Positions 28,359 to 36,606 of a stretch of DNA of 64,000 nt are shown one piece after another; the first letter of the stretch is position 1; every line of letters begins with the position of its first letter. The translations under genes and the position numbers were made by a program. Where the stretch lies: positions 110,743 to 174,742 of the forward strand of contig CANRIX010000001.1 in NCBI GenBank assembly GCA_947630765.1, in the 5' to 3' direction. Source of the DNA: an uncultured Clostridia bacterium. GTDB lineage: Bacteria > Bacillota > Clostridia > Oscillospirales > CAG-382. The notes under the pieces were generated by a model that saw only the letters and a program-made list of their open reading frames with translations, did not search any database and was not told the origin of the DNA.

Positions 28359-29432
28359 ATGAATCTTGCTAATAAGTTGAAAGAATTGCGAAAAGCAAAA
28401 AATGTATCCCAAGAAAAATTTGCGGAATACCTCGGCGTTTCGTATCAAGCCGTGAGCAAATGGGAGAATGGCGTCACTTCCCCGGATATCCTGCTCTTGC
28501 CCGATATTGCACGGTATTTTGGAATAACGGTCGATGAATTATTGCAGGTCGAGCAAATCGAAGCGGACAAATATTTCGAGGAATGCAGTCTGAAAGCGGA
28601 AAGGTTATTTCGGGACGGCAAGCGTGCAGAAATCATTCCCCTGTGGCTTGAAGCGTACCAAAAAATGCCAAACGACATTCGCGTCAAAGAAATGCTCATG
28701 TCAATTTATTTCGATACGGACAAAATAAAATATCAGAACGAAATTATTGAACTTGGCACGGAAATATACAATTCCGCCGCAACCGAAAAAGACGGTAGTT
28801 ATTACCGGGGTCAAGCCGTCATGGAAGTGGCGCAAACCTATTCCGCAATCGGAAATGACCAAAAGGCAAACGACTGGGCAAAAAAAGCATTCCAAATCAA
28901 TCATTGTCAGGAAATGCTGTTTATGCTGATCCACGACGAGGAAGATTGGCTTACTGATACGTTTTGCTTCGTCAACCATTGGTATTTGGATATGCTTTTC
29001 CATATGGCGGCACGGCTCAATATGTGCCATGTAAACTGTTACGGCGACGATTTCGTTCACAACGTCAACAAGGCTGTTGCCGGGTTGTTGGAAGTGGCCT
29101 ATCCGAATGACGATATGGGATATGAATCCCTGCATCATCTTTGCATTCTTCACCGTTGTATTGCGGAAGAGGAAGTATCGCTTGGCAACGATGAAACGGT
29201 CGTAAGAAAACATCTCGCCCGTGCGGTCGCGTGTGCGGTGAAATCGATTGGCGTAAAAGCGCATACCCTTACGCACCCGTTGCTATGCGGTTGGAAAATC
29301 GCCGACGCGCCTTCCGACAAGCTGCAAATTGTGAGAGCGCTTCGGGAGGAGCTGGATTGGAGTTGCTTCGATGCGTATAGACAGAAGGAATGGTTTATCG
29401 AATTGACAAAAAAACTCGATGCCAATCTGTGA
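28359..29432 (+). CDS. XRE-family HTH regulator with long helical C-terminal domain
   Basis: LKELRK...SQEKFAEYLGVSYQAVSKWENG..SPDI.LL..IARYF.ITVDELL. Confidence 0.88.
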   Translation: MNLANKLKELRKAKNVSQEKFAEYLGVSYQAVSKWENGVTSPDILLLPDIARYFGITVDELLQVEQIEADKYFEECSLKAERLFRDGKRAEIIPLWLEAYQKMPNDIRVKEMLMSIYFDTDKIKYQNEIIELGTEIYNSAATEKDGSYYRGQAVMEVAQTYSAIGNDQKANDWAKKAFQINHCQEMLFMLIHDEEDWLTDTFCFVNHWYLDMLFHMAARLNMCHVNCYGDDFVHNVNKAVAGLLEVAYPNDDMGYESLHHLCILHRCIAEEEVSLGNDETVVRKHLARAVACAVKSIGVKAHTLTHPLLCGWKIADAPSDKLQIVRALREELDWSCFDAYRQKEWFIELTKKLDANL

Positions 29433-29460
29433 TTTAACAGAAAAAAGTTCGAGACACTTC

Positions 29461-29499
29461 AAAAAAGAGGAACCGCCGGTGTGCGGTTCCCCCTTTTTT
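29461..29499. terminator. Bidirectional terminator at the right edge of the accessory block
   Basis: AAAAAAGAGGAACCGC-CGGTGT-GCGGTTCCCCCTTTTTT. Confidence 0.8.
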
Positions 29500-29600
29500 G
29501 TTCCACAGTTGGCAAAAGCCGTTTCGTGATTTTGACTGCTTAGAGGAAAGTGCGCCCGCAAAAACTTCGTGGGGAAAGTCTTTCGGGTTACCGGCGAGCG

Positions 29601-30038
29601 TCAATCCGGTTCCTTTTTCGGGAAAAGCGGACTTTCGATCGTCAGAATGTCCTCCAGGGGGATCTCCCTGCCGTCCGTGAAGAGGATACGCTGCGGGAGC
29701 GGTTCGATGCGCTTGACGCGCCCCGTGCAGGCGACGTAGGCGCCCCCGGCCTTCCTTTCGTCGGGAAGGAAGTATGTGACGGTGACCTCCGGCTGCTCCG
29801 CGATCCGTTCGGAAAGAAAGCGGACCCTCTCGTTGAGCAATTCCTCGTCCGCTTCGCTGCGCGGAAGCCTGTCCTCCGTAAAACGGGCGGTTTCGTCGAT
29901 GGCGCTGTCGTACCCGGTCAACGCCGCAAACGGGGCAAACTGCGCCGCACGGTCGTGGACGCTCATGTGCTTTCTTGTCGCGGACTGCTTGTGCGGTAGA
30001 TAGAGCATATCTCGGTATTGATCCGTCATTTCCGGCAT
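29601..30038 (-). CDS. YolD-like protein
   Basis: HMS..DRAAQFAPFAALTGY, V.VTYF..D..K.GG.Y, G.V.RI; directly downstream of a Y-family polymerase. Confidence 0.85.
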   Translation of the reverse strand: MPEMTDQYRDMLYLPHKQSATRKHMSVHDRAAQFAPFAALTGYDSAIDETARFTEDRLPRSEADEELLNERVRFLSERIAEQPEVTVTYFLPDERKAGGAYVACTGRVKRIEPLPQRILFTDGREIPLEDILTIESPLFPKKEPD

Positions 30039-30052
30039 CCTTTCCCGGCGGA

Positions 30053-31558
30053 CTATTTCTTATGACCGCCGATTTGCCCATTGCGTTCCTTGGCGGTCGA
30101 GCCTTCCTCGTAGTTGATCCCGCGCAGGATCGCGTTTTTGCCGTACCGCTTGCGGATATCCAGAACGGCGTCCTGCCGGTTTCGCTCCCGTTCGAGGTCC
30201 GCCCGTTCCTTTTCTAGCGCCCGCTCGAGCGCCTCAAAATCGTCGAACAGGGAGAGCTGCTCGCCGCCTTCCGCCCCGACCTCGTTTTCCGCGACGAGAT
30301 GCGCGACGCAGACGTTGATTCGCCGAACCAAAAGATCCCTGTCCACCACCCGATCAAAAAGCTCCGTGACGGCTTTTTCGAGCAGCGAACCGGCGGAGGT
30401 GTGCTGCTTCAAATGCTGCGTACCGTGCGCCTGCTTCGGGACGGCCCGCCCGTAATGGTCGAACGCGACTTCGCCGTGATACGCTTCGGCGATCTGCGGA
30501 TCCCGGAAGTTTTCGACGTCATAGCCGACCGTCAAAACCACCTGATCGGTGACCAGTTTCTTCTCCACCAATTCATACGCGAGCGAATCGGTCATTTCCC
30601 TCGCGACGATACGCGCCTTCTCGAAGGAATACGGGGTGGAAAGCACCTGCCCGGAGTTGAGACTACTGCTTTCCGGCTTGTACGCCTTGATGTCGGCGAT
30701 CGTGACGGGCTCCCAGCCCCACGCGTGGTCGATCAGCAGCTCCGCATTGACGCCGAACAGCTTGTAAAGACGGTCTTCGCCGGACGTCGTCAGAGACGCC
30801 CTCGCCACATCGCCCATCGTGTGCATCCCGTTCGCTTCCAATTTTGCGGCGATCCCCCGCCCGACACGCCAAAAAGAAGTCAGCGGGCGGTGATCCCAAA
30901 GGGACTTGCGGTAGGAGAGCTCGTCGAGCTCCGCGATGCGGACGCCATCCGCGTCGGCAGGCATTTTCTTTGCCACGATGTCCATGGCGATCTTGCAGAG
31001 GTACAGATTCGTGCCGATCCCGGCGGTCGCCGTGATCCCCGTCGTCGCGAGGACGTCCCGGATCATAGCGACGGCCAGTTCGTGCGCCGTCATGCGGTAG
31101 GTTTTCAGGTAATTCGTCACGTCGATGAACACCTCGTCGATGGAATAGGCGAAAATGTCCGTCGGCGCGACGTATTTCAGATAGATCGCGTAGATCTTCG
31201 TGCTGTATTCGATATAGTACGCCATTCTCGGCGGTGCGACGACGTAGGAAAGCTCCAGTTCCGGGTGGTTTTGCAGTTCGGTCAGGCTGCTCGAGCTTCC
31301 CGCGAAGGTGCGGTTCGGCGCTTCGCGTCTGCGCTCCCGATTGATCTCCCGGACCTTTTGGATGACTTCAAACAGTCTCGGACGTCCCGGGATCCCGAAG
31401 GATTTCAGAGCGGGCGAAACGGCAAGGCAGATGGTCTTTTCCGTCCTGGACGGGTCGGCGACCACCAGATTGGTCGTGAGCGGGTCAAGCCCCCGCTCCC
31501 TGCATTCGACGGAAGCGTAAAAGGATTTCAGGTCGATCGCGATATATCGTCTTTCCAT
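30053..31558 (-). CDS. Y-family DNA polymerase (ImpB/MucB/SamB, UvrX-like)
   Basis: IDLKSFYASVEC, PPRM..Y, YSIDE, TATAGIG.N..L.K, WRVGRG, IGGH terminus. Confidence 0.92.
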   Translation of the reverse strand: MERRYIAIDLKSFYASVECRERGLDPLTTNLVVADPSRTEKTICLAVSPALKSFGIPGRPRLFEVIQKVREINRERRREAPNRTFAGSSSSLTELQNHPELELSYVVAPPRMAYYIEYSTKIYAIYLKYVAPTDIFAYSIDEVFIDVTNYLKTYRMTAHELAVAMIRDVLATTGITATAGIGTNLYLCKIAMDIVAKKMPADADGVRIAELDELSYRKSLWDHRPLTSFWRVGRGIAAKLEANGMHTMGDVARASLTTSGEDRLYKLFGVNAELLIDHAWGWEPVTIADIKAYKPESSSLNSGQVLSTPYSFEKARIVAREMTDSLAYELVEKKLVTDQVVLTVGYDVENFRDPQIAEAYHGEVAFDHYGRAVPKQAHGTQHLKQHTSAGSLLEKAVTELFDRVVDRDLLVRRINVCVAHLVAENEVGAEGGEQLSLFDDFEALERALEKERADLERERNRQDAVLDIRKRYGKNAILRGINYEEGSTAKERNGQIGGHKK

Positions 31559-31595
31559 GCGACCCGTCAAACCTCCTTTCGGACCGCTTCGCGCC

Positions 31596-32150
31596 TTACG
31601 GACAAATCACGAACCGCTTGCCCAGCTTTTCTCGCAGCAGGTCCCGCAGACGAGCGACGTCCGCAAGCGTCATATTCCGCTTCGGCAGCAGGATCGCGGA
31701 CTTGCGGTTCGGGTAGAAGTAAAAGAATCCGCCGGTTTCGTACACGCGGAAGAAATCCTCGTAAAGGTAATCCTGCTGGCCGTCCGGCAAATGGCGGGGA
31801 TTGTGGGCGGGGTCGTACAGGACCGCATAGATCAGCCCGTTCTTCCCGCAATGCACCTCGTGCGTCGCGTAAAGGAACGGCTTTTGCCGCAGGCAGGTCT
31901 GTTTGACGTGCCGTTTGACCAGGTAAAAGAACATGCAGAAGCAGAGCAGGACGAGCGCCGAGCCGAGCACGAGTCCCCTGCTTTTCAGCACGATGCCGGC
32001 AAGCACCCCCGCGATGCACGCGAAAACGACCGCAAGGATGACGAGCATACGCACCCAGCGGGCATATTTTCCCCGGAACAGGTCAAACTGCATGTATTCC
32101 CGGTAATCCGAAAGCACGATCTTCCCCCGGGCGGACAGGTACCCTTTCAA
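31596..32150 (-). CDS. YcxB-like membrane protein
   Basis: Two TM helices then YE....FYFY..R.SAILLPKR; TTG start overlaps the upstream stop. Confidence 0.65.
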   Translation of the reverse strand: MKGYLSARGKIVLSDYREYMQFDLFRGKYARWVRMLVILAVVFACIAGVLAGIVLKSRGLVLGSALVLLCFCMFFYLVKRHVKQTCLRQKPFLYATHEVHCGKNGLIYAVLYDPAHNPRHLPDGQQDYLYEDFFRVYETGGFFYFYPNRKSAILLPKRNMTLADVARLRDLLREKLGKRFVICP

Positions 32151-33367
32151 AGCGGTTTCCCCAGCAGCAGGCGCAGCAGGTCCTCGCCCTTGTGCAGGAA
32201 CACCCCACCGTCGAACCCGCTCTGCTCGCAGTAGCAGGAGATCCCGCTGTCCCGCTCCGCCGTCGAATCATACAGCACGAACGGCACGGCGTCGTGCGTA
32301 TGCGTGCGGACGGAGACCGGCGTCGGGTGGTCCGGCAGGAGCAGCAGGCGGAACGGCTCGCCGACCCGGCGGAAATAGCCGAGCAGCGGGCAGAGGATGT
32401 CGCGGTCGATGCGCTCGATGGCTTCGATCTTATCGAGGTACTTGCCCTGATGGCCACATTCGTCCGGCGCTTCGACGTGCAGGTAGACGAAGTCGGCGCC
32501 GTTTTCCAGTTCGCGTTCGGCCGCTTCCCGCTTGCCGACGTAATTCGTGTCGAGCGTCCCGGTCGCTCCGGGGACGGCGGGCGCGTGCAGACCGGCGCAC
32601 AGGCCGATCCCCTTAATCAGGTCCACGGCGCAGACGACGCTCCCCCGCAGGCCGGTCATTTCGGTGAAATCCGGCAGCGACGGCTTTTTGCCGGGGCTCC
32701 AGAGCCAGAGGGAATTCGCCTTGCGCTTCCCGGCGTTCGCACGGGCGATATTGACCGGGTGCCGGTTCAAAAAGTCGTAGGACGCTCTCTGCAGCTCCCA
32801 CATCGGGCGGGAGGAGGCGTTCTGCGGGCGGTAATCGCCGATGCGCTTTCCGATGATGTCGTGCGGACGGGAGAAGTCCGTGAACGGCGGGCAGTCCTTC
32901 CAGATCAGGCAATGCCGGTAGCTGACCCCGGTGTAGAAGGTTTTCGTCGCGTCCCCGAACTGCTTCTGCAGGTCGCGGACCAGCACGTCCGCCTCTTCCG
33001 TCGTGATCTCCCCGGCGGAATGGTCGACCATGTGCCGGTCGTCGTAGTCGCTTTCCTCCTCCGTCAGCGTGACGATATTGGCGCGGATGGCCGTATCCTC
33101 CGGCCGCATCCTGATCCCGATGCTCGCCGCTTCGAGCGGGGAACGCCCTTTGGAGTATACGCGGGGGTCGTACCCCATGATGGCGAGGTTCGCCGTGTCG
33201 CTTTCCGGCACCATTCCCTCCGGGACCGTGTTGACGCGCCCGTTGATCCCTTTGGACGCGATATAATTCATGCCAGGTTTCCGCGCAGCGGAAAGCGGCG
33301 TCCCGCCGTTCAGCTCCCGCAGCGGCAGGTCCGCCATGCCGTCCCCGACCAGAATCAGATATTTCAT
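32147..33367 (-). CDS. apgM: Cofactor-independent phosphoglycerate mutase (ApgM family)
   Basis: GDGMAD, PESDTANL, GR.PLEA, HVEAPDECGH, PDHPTP, H.HD.VPF. Confidence 0.9.
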   Translation of the reverse strand: MKYLILVGDGMADLPLRELNGGTPLSAARKPGMNYIASKGINGRVNTVPEGMVPESDTANLAIMGYDPRVYSKGRSPLEAASIGIRMRPEDTAIRANIVTLTEEESDYDDRHMVDHSAGEITTEEADVLVRDLQKQFGDATKTFYTGVSYRHCLIWKDCPPFTDFSRPHDIIGKRIGDYRPQNASSRPMWELQRASYDFLNRHPVNIARANAGKRKANSLWLWSPGKKPSLPDFTEMTGLRGSVVCAVDLIKGIGLCAGLHAPAVPGATGTLDTNYVGKREAAERELENGADFVYLHVEAPDECGHQGKYLDKIEAIERIDRDILCPLLGYFRRVGEPFRLLLLPDHPTPVSVRTHTHDAVPFVLYDSTAERDSGISCYCEQSGFDGGVFLHKGEDLLRLLLGKPL

Positions 33368-33493
33368 ATGTTTTCGCACTTCCCTTTCTCGCGGGAGGAC
33401 CCTCCCCCGCCTGTTCACCCTCAGTATAGCAAATTCGGAGCGGAAAATCAACCGCTTTTTTGTTCAATCTTTTCCCGGTTCGACATTTTTTTG

Positions 33494-33522
33494 TTGACAA
33501 AACGGACAGCATCGGGTATACT
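33494..33522 (+). promoter_or_regulatory. sigmaA promoter for the SLOG gene
   Basis: TTGACA-17 nt-TATACT; a divergent TTGATT-17-TATACT at 33423-33451 serves apgM. Confidence 0.75.
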
Positions 33523-33545
33523 ATGTAGGAAAGGGCGGGACGCCA

Positions 33546-33917
33546 ATGAAAGAGAAAGAAAAAACGCTTCGCGTCGCGGTCATCGGCTCGCGTGGGATCC
33601 GATCGGTCGATCTGTCGGCGTACATCCCCGCGGAAGCGACGGAGCTGATCTCCGGCGGGGCGACCGGGGTGGACGCGCTCGCCGAGGCATACGCCCGTTC
33701 GCACGGGATCCCGATCCGGGTGCTTCGCCCGGATTACGCGTTGTACGGGCGGAAAGCCCCGCTCGTCCGCAATCGGCAGATCGTCGAATGCGCCGACCTA
33801 GTCGTCGCCGTCTGGGACGGGCATTCGACCGGCACGACCTACACCGTCGACTACGCCAACGCCCGGGGGGTCCCGGTCCGGCTGTATATCCCGCCGACCG
33901 GCCCGAAAAAAGAATAA
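33546..33917 (+). CDS. Stand-alone SLOG-fold protein (YAcAr/DUF2493-like)
   Basis: VAVIGSR, ISGGA.GVD.LA, A.L.RN..IV, VAVWDG.S.GT..T. Confidence 0.8.
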   Translation: MKEKEKTLRVAVIGSRGIRSVDLSAYIPAEATELISGGATGVDALAEAYARSHGIPIRVLRPDYALYGRKAPLVRNRQIVECADLVVAVWDGHSTGTTYTVDYANARGVPVRLYIPPTGPKKE

Positions 33918-33960
33918 AACCGACCTCGCCGGTACACACTATCGGCGAGGTGGTTTTTTT
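33914..33960 (+). terminator. Intrinsic terminator overlapping the RBS of the next gene
   Basis: AAACCGACCTCGCCG / CGGCGAGGTGGTTT stem with one bulge, followed by a T7 run. Confidence 0.75.
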
Positions 33961-34408
33961 GCACGGAAAATGGCTGTGGATGTTCGGCATCGGGGGGAGC
34001 GTGTACCTGCTGCTCGAGCTGCTCTACCGGGGGTATTCGCACCCGTCGATGTTCTTCGCCGGCGGGCTTTCCGCCGCCCTGATCTACCGCGTCTGCTGTG
34101 AAGGGCGTCTGCGGCACGCGGGGTGGTACGCGCGGTGCGCCGTCGGGAGCCTGTTGATCACGTCGGTCGAGTTCTGCACGGGGCTGCTCGTAAACCTGCT
34201 GCTGCGGCAGGGGGTCTGGGACTACTCTTCCCTGCCGCTCAACCTGTTCGGGCAGATCTGCCTGCCGTTTTCCCTGCTCTGGTTCTTCCTGTCCCTGCCG
34301 GTGCTGTCGCTCGGCGACCTGTTCTTCGGCGAACCGGCTCAGCTCCGCCGCTCGAGGGCTTCCAGAAACCTGCCGAATGTCGCGCCGCCCCGTTCGTCGG
34401 GACGGTAG
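33959..34408 (+). CDS. Putative ABC-transporter type IV family (PF06541-like) membrane protein
   Basis: GG.VY.LLE..YRGYSH.SMF..GG, ITSVEF.TG..VN, VWDYS..P.N..GQICLPFS.LW; TTG 33959 or GTG 33950 start; 70-nt convergent overlap with galT. Confidence 0.8.
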   Translation: MHGKWLWMFGIGGSVYLLLELLYRGYSHPSMFFAGGLSAALIYRVCCEGRLRHAGWYARCAVGSLLITSVEFCTGLLVNLLLRQGVWDYSSLPLNLFGQICLPFSLLWFFLSLPVLSLGDLFFGEPAQLRRSRASRNLPNVAPPRSSGR

Positions 34409-35841
34409 ACGCCCGCATCCTCAAGCACTTCCTCGAACACCCGTCCGACCTCCTCGGAAAGCACCGCTTCGACGTTTTCCGCCGTGACCGTCCGCGCCTT
34501 CCGCACGCCTTCAAACCAGTCCGCGTGCGCCGCCGTCCCCGGCGTGTCGAGGGGCAGACCTGCGCGAAACCGCTCGGCGACCTCCGCAAGCTCGCCGCGC
34601 AAGCGGGCGGGCAGGACCGCGAGCCCCATGACCTCGATCAGCCCGATATTTTCCTTTTTGATATGGTGCTTGTCCGCGTGCGGGTGGTAGATCCCGGCGG
34701 GATACGCGGGGGTCGTGAGGTTGTTGCGGAACACGAGGTCGAGCTGGTACGCCTCCCCCTGCCGACGTGCGATCGGGGTGATGGTGTTGTGCTTGCCGGT
34801 CTCCGTTTCGGCGTACACGCAGGCCGCTTCGTCGGTATACGTCCGCCAGACCGCCAGTACCTTCGCCGCCAGCGCGGACACCTCCGCGCGTTCGCCGGTC
34901 AGCCGCAGCACGGTCAGCGGCCAGTACAGCCGCTCCGCCTTTACATTTGGGAACCCCCGCAGCGTATACGTCTCCGCCGTTTTCGCCCGCTCCATCGCGA
35001 ACGTGTACCGTCCGCCCTGGAAGTGGTCGTGCGTCAGGATCGACCCGCCGACGATCGGCAGGTCGGCGTTCGAGCCGATGAAGTAATGCGGGAACAGCCC
35101 GACAAAATCCAGCAGCCGTTCAAACGTCTCGGGCGTGATGCGCATCGGGACGTGTTTTTCGTTGAACACGATGCAGTGCTCCGGGTAGTACACATACGGC
35201 GAATACTGGAAATGCCACCGCTCTCCGGCGAGCGTGACCGGGACGGTGCGCAGATTCTGCCGCGCCGGGTGGTCCAGCCGCCCTGCGTAGCCGACGTTTT
35301 CGCCGCACAGCTGGCATTTGGGATACTTCTCCCCGTCCGCCGCTTTCAGCGCCGCCGCGATGGCTTTCGGGTCCTTTTCCGGCTTCGAAAGGTTGATCGT
35401 GATGTCCAGCGTGCCGTATTTTCCGTCGTAGGTCCAGCGCAGGTCCTTCGCGACCCGCTCGGTGCGGATATAGTTGCAGTCCCGGCACAGGCGGTAGAAC
35501 CCGTCCGTCGCCGTCTGCGGACTTTTTTTGTATTCCGCCGCGAACCGATCCTGCACGGCCGACGGCAGCGGCGTGAACAGCGCCATGACCTTCGTGTCGA
35601 ACAGGTCCCGCTCGGTCGTGCCGCCGCCGATGACCCCGTTTCTCTCCGCACGGTCGCACAGCCCGTCCAGAAGCGCCTGCAGAGAATCTGTCCCCGGCGT
35701 TTCCGTCGGCGGGACGTAGGCGTCCTCCCCGAGCAGCTCCAGCAATCGGTTTCGGTAGTACACCCGGTCCCGTCCGTCCGCAAGCCCTTTCCCCTCCGCG
35801 CAGTCGATGAGCGCGTCGATCCAGCCGATCTCCATTTCCAC
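34339..35841 (-). CDS. galT: UDP-glucose--hexose-1-phosphate uridylyltransferase (class II)
   Basis: ITINLSKPEKDPK, YPKC.LC.EN, QYSPYVYY.EHCI, SNADLPIVGGSILTHDHFQGG, HIKKENIGLIEVMG. Confidence 0.96.
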   Translation of the reverse strand: MEMEIGWIDALIDCAEGKGLADGRDRVYYRNRLLELLGEDAYVPPTETPGTDSLQALLDGLCDRAERNGVIGGGTTERDLFDTKVMALFTPLPSAVQDRFAAEYKKSPQTATDGFYRLCRDCNYIRTERVAKDLRWTYDGKYGTLDITINLSKPEKDPKAIAAALKAADGEKYPKCQLCGENVGYAGRLDHPARQNLRTVPVTLAGERWHFQYSPYVYYPEHCIVFNEKHVPMRITPETFERLLDFVGLFPHYFIGSNADLPIVGGSILTHDHFQGGRYTFAMERAKTAETYTLRGFPNVKAERLYWPLTVLRLTGERAEVSALAAKVLAVWRTYTDEAACVYAETETGKHNTITPIARRQGEAYQLDLVFRNNLTTPAYPAGIYHPHADKHHIKKENIGLIEVMGLAVLPARLRGELAEVAERFRAGLPLDTPGTAAHADWFEGVRKARTVTAENVEAVLSEEVGRVFEEVLEDAGVYRPDERGGATFGRFLEALERRS

Positions 35842-35907
35842 ATTCCCTCCGTTTTCGTTCTTTCACCTACCAGTATATCGCTTTTTTCGCCGTTCGTCAA
35901 GAAAGGT

Positions 35908-35936
35908 TTGACAAATTCCGAAAAATGTTTTATACT
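35908..35936 (+). promoter_or_regulatory. sigmaA promoter for the small membrane protein, divergent from the galT promoter
   Basis: TTGACA-17 nt-TATACT. Confidence 0.7.
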
Positions 35937-35983
35937 GTGCATACGAAAAAGAAGTTCACGCACCGCGAAAGGGGTCCTCCGCC

Positions 35984-36277
35984 ATGTTTTCCGCACGCCG
36001 CGTTCTGCTGTTCGCGCTCTGTCTCTGCGTCCTGCTGCCTTCGCTCGTCCTTCCGGCGCTCGCGTCGTCCGAGCCGTCCGAACCGTCCGAGCCATCGCCG
36101 CTCTCCCCCGTCGAGCGGGTCTTTCAGGTCATTTCGCTCACGATCCTGTTCGGCGGCATCGCCCTGCTTCCCGTCTACTTCCTGCTCAACAAACGCCGGA
36201 AGCGCATCGTCGCCTCGTTCGGGGAAAAGGACGACCCGACGGACGCTCCCAAGGACGATCCGGGGGAAAATTCGTAA
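35984..36277 (+). CDS. Small hypothetical single-pass membrane protein with signal peptide
   Basis: Signal peptide ending ALA, SEP repeats, TM helix, KRRKR stop-transfer; own promoter and terminator. Confidence 0.65.
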   Translation: MFSARRVLLFALCLCVLLPSLVLPALASSEPSEPSEPSPLSPVERVFQVISLTILFGGIALLPVYFLLNKRRKRIVASFGEKDDPTDAPKDDPGENS

Positions 36278-36606
36278 ACAAAAAAAAACAGCACGGAAAC
36301 CGTTTTGCGTTCTGTGCCGTTTTTTTCAAAGCAGGGCGGCGGCTTCGCACGCCGATTTTTCCCATATGCGGTCGTCCGCAGCGGTTCGGACGTAGAACCG
36401 TCCGTTTCGGAAGGAGGAAAACTGCGCATCAGGGCGTCCTGCCCTCCGGCCGCTTCAGGGCGTTCGTATCGTATGTTTCAGGAAAGGAAAGGGATCCCAT
36501 CGTAAACCCCTGTCACTTTTTTTTCGACCCGCTTGTCAAGACGGTCGGCAAAGATGTGGCGAAAAAAGTTGAACGTGCAGGGGGTGACGGTTGGGCACGC
36601 CATTTC

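Noticed and set aside
24819-29499. Classical integron attC sites, prophage or IS in the accessory block
   Set aside because: No GTTRRRY/RYYYAAC inverted cores at the junctions, and no integrase, transposase, phage structural gene or direct repeat of the lysS end.
28088-29548. GACTGCTTAGA repeated at about 28094 and 29535 as a possible target-site duplication
   Set aside because: Only 11 nt, and one copy is inside a coding region; consistent with chance.
29535-29590. GAGGAAAGT / GGGGAAAGTC resembling the RNase P RNA 5' motif
   Set aside because: Lacks the following CC and the rest of the RNase P structure; there is not enough room before yolD.
36400-36430. CGGAAGGAGGAAAACTGC resembling the SRP RNA loop
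   Set aside because: Does not match the CAGG..GGAA..GCAGC helix-8 pattern.
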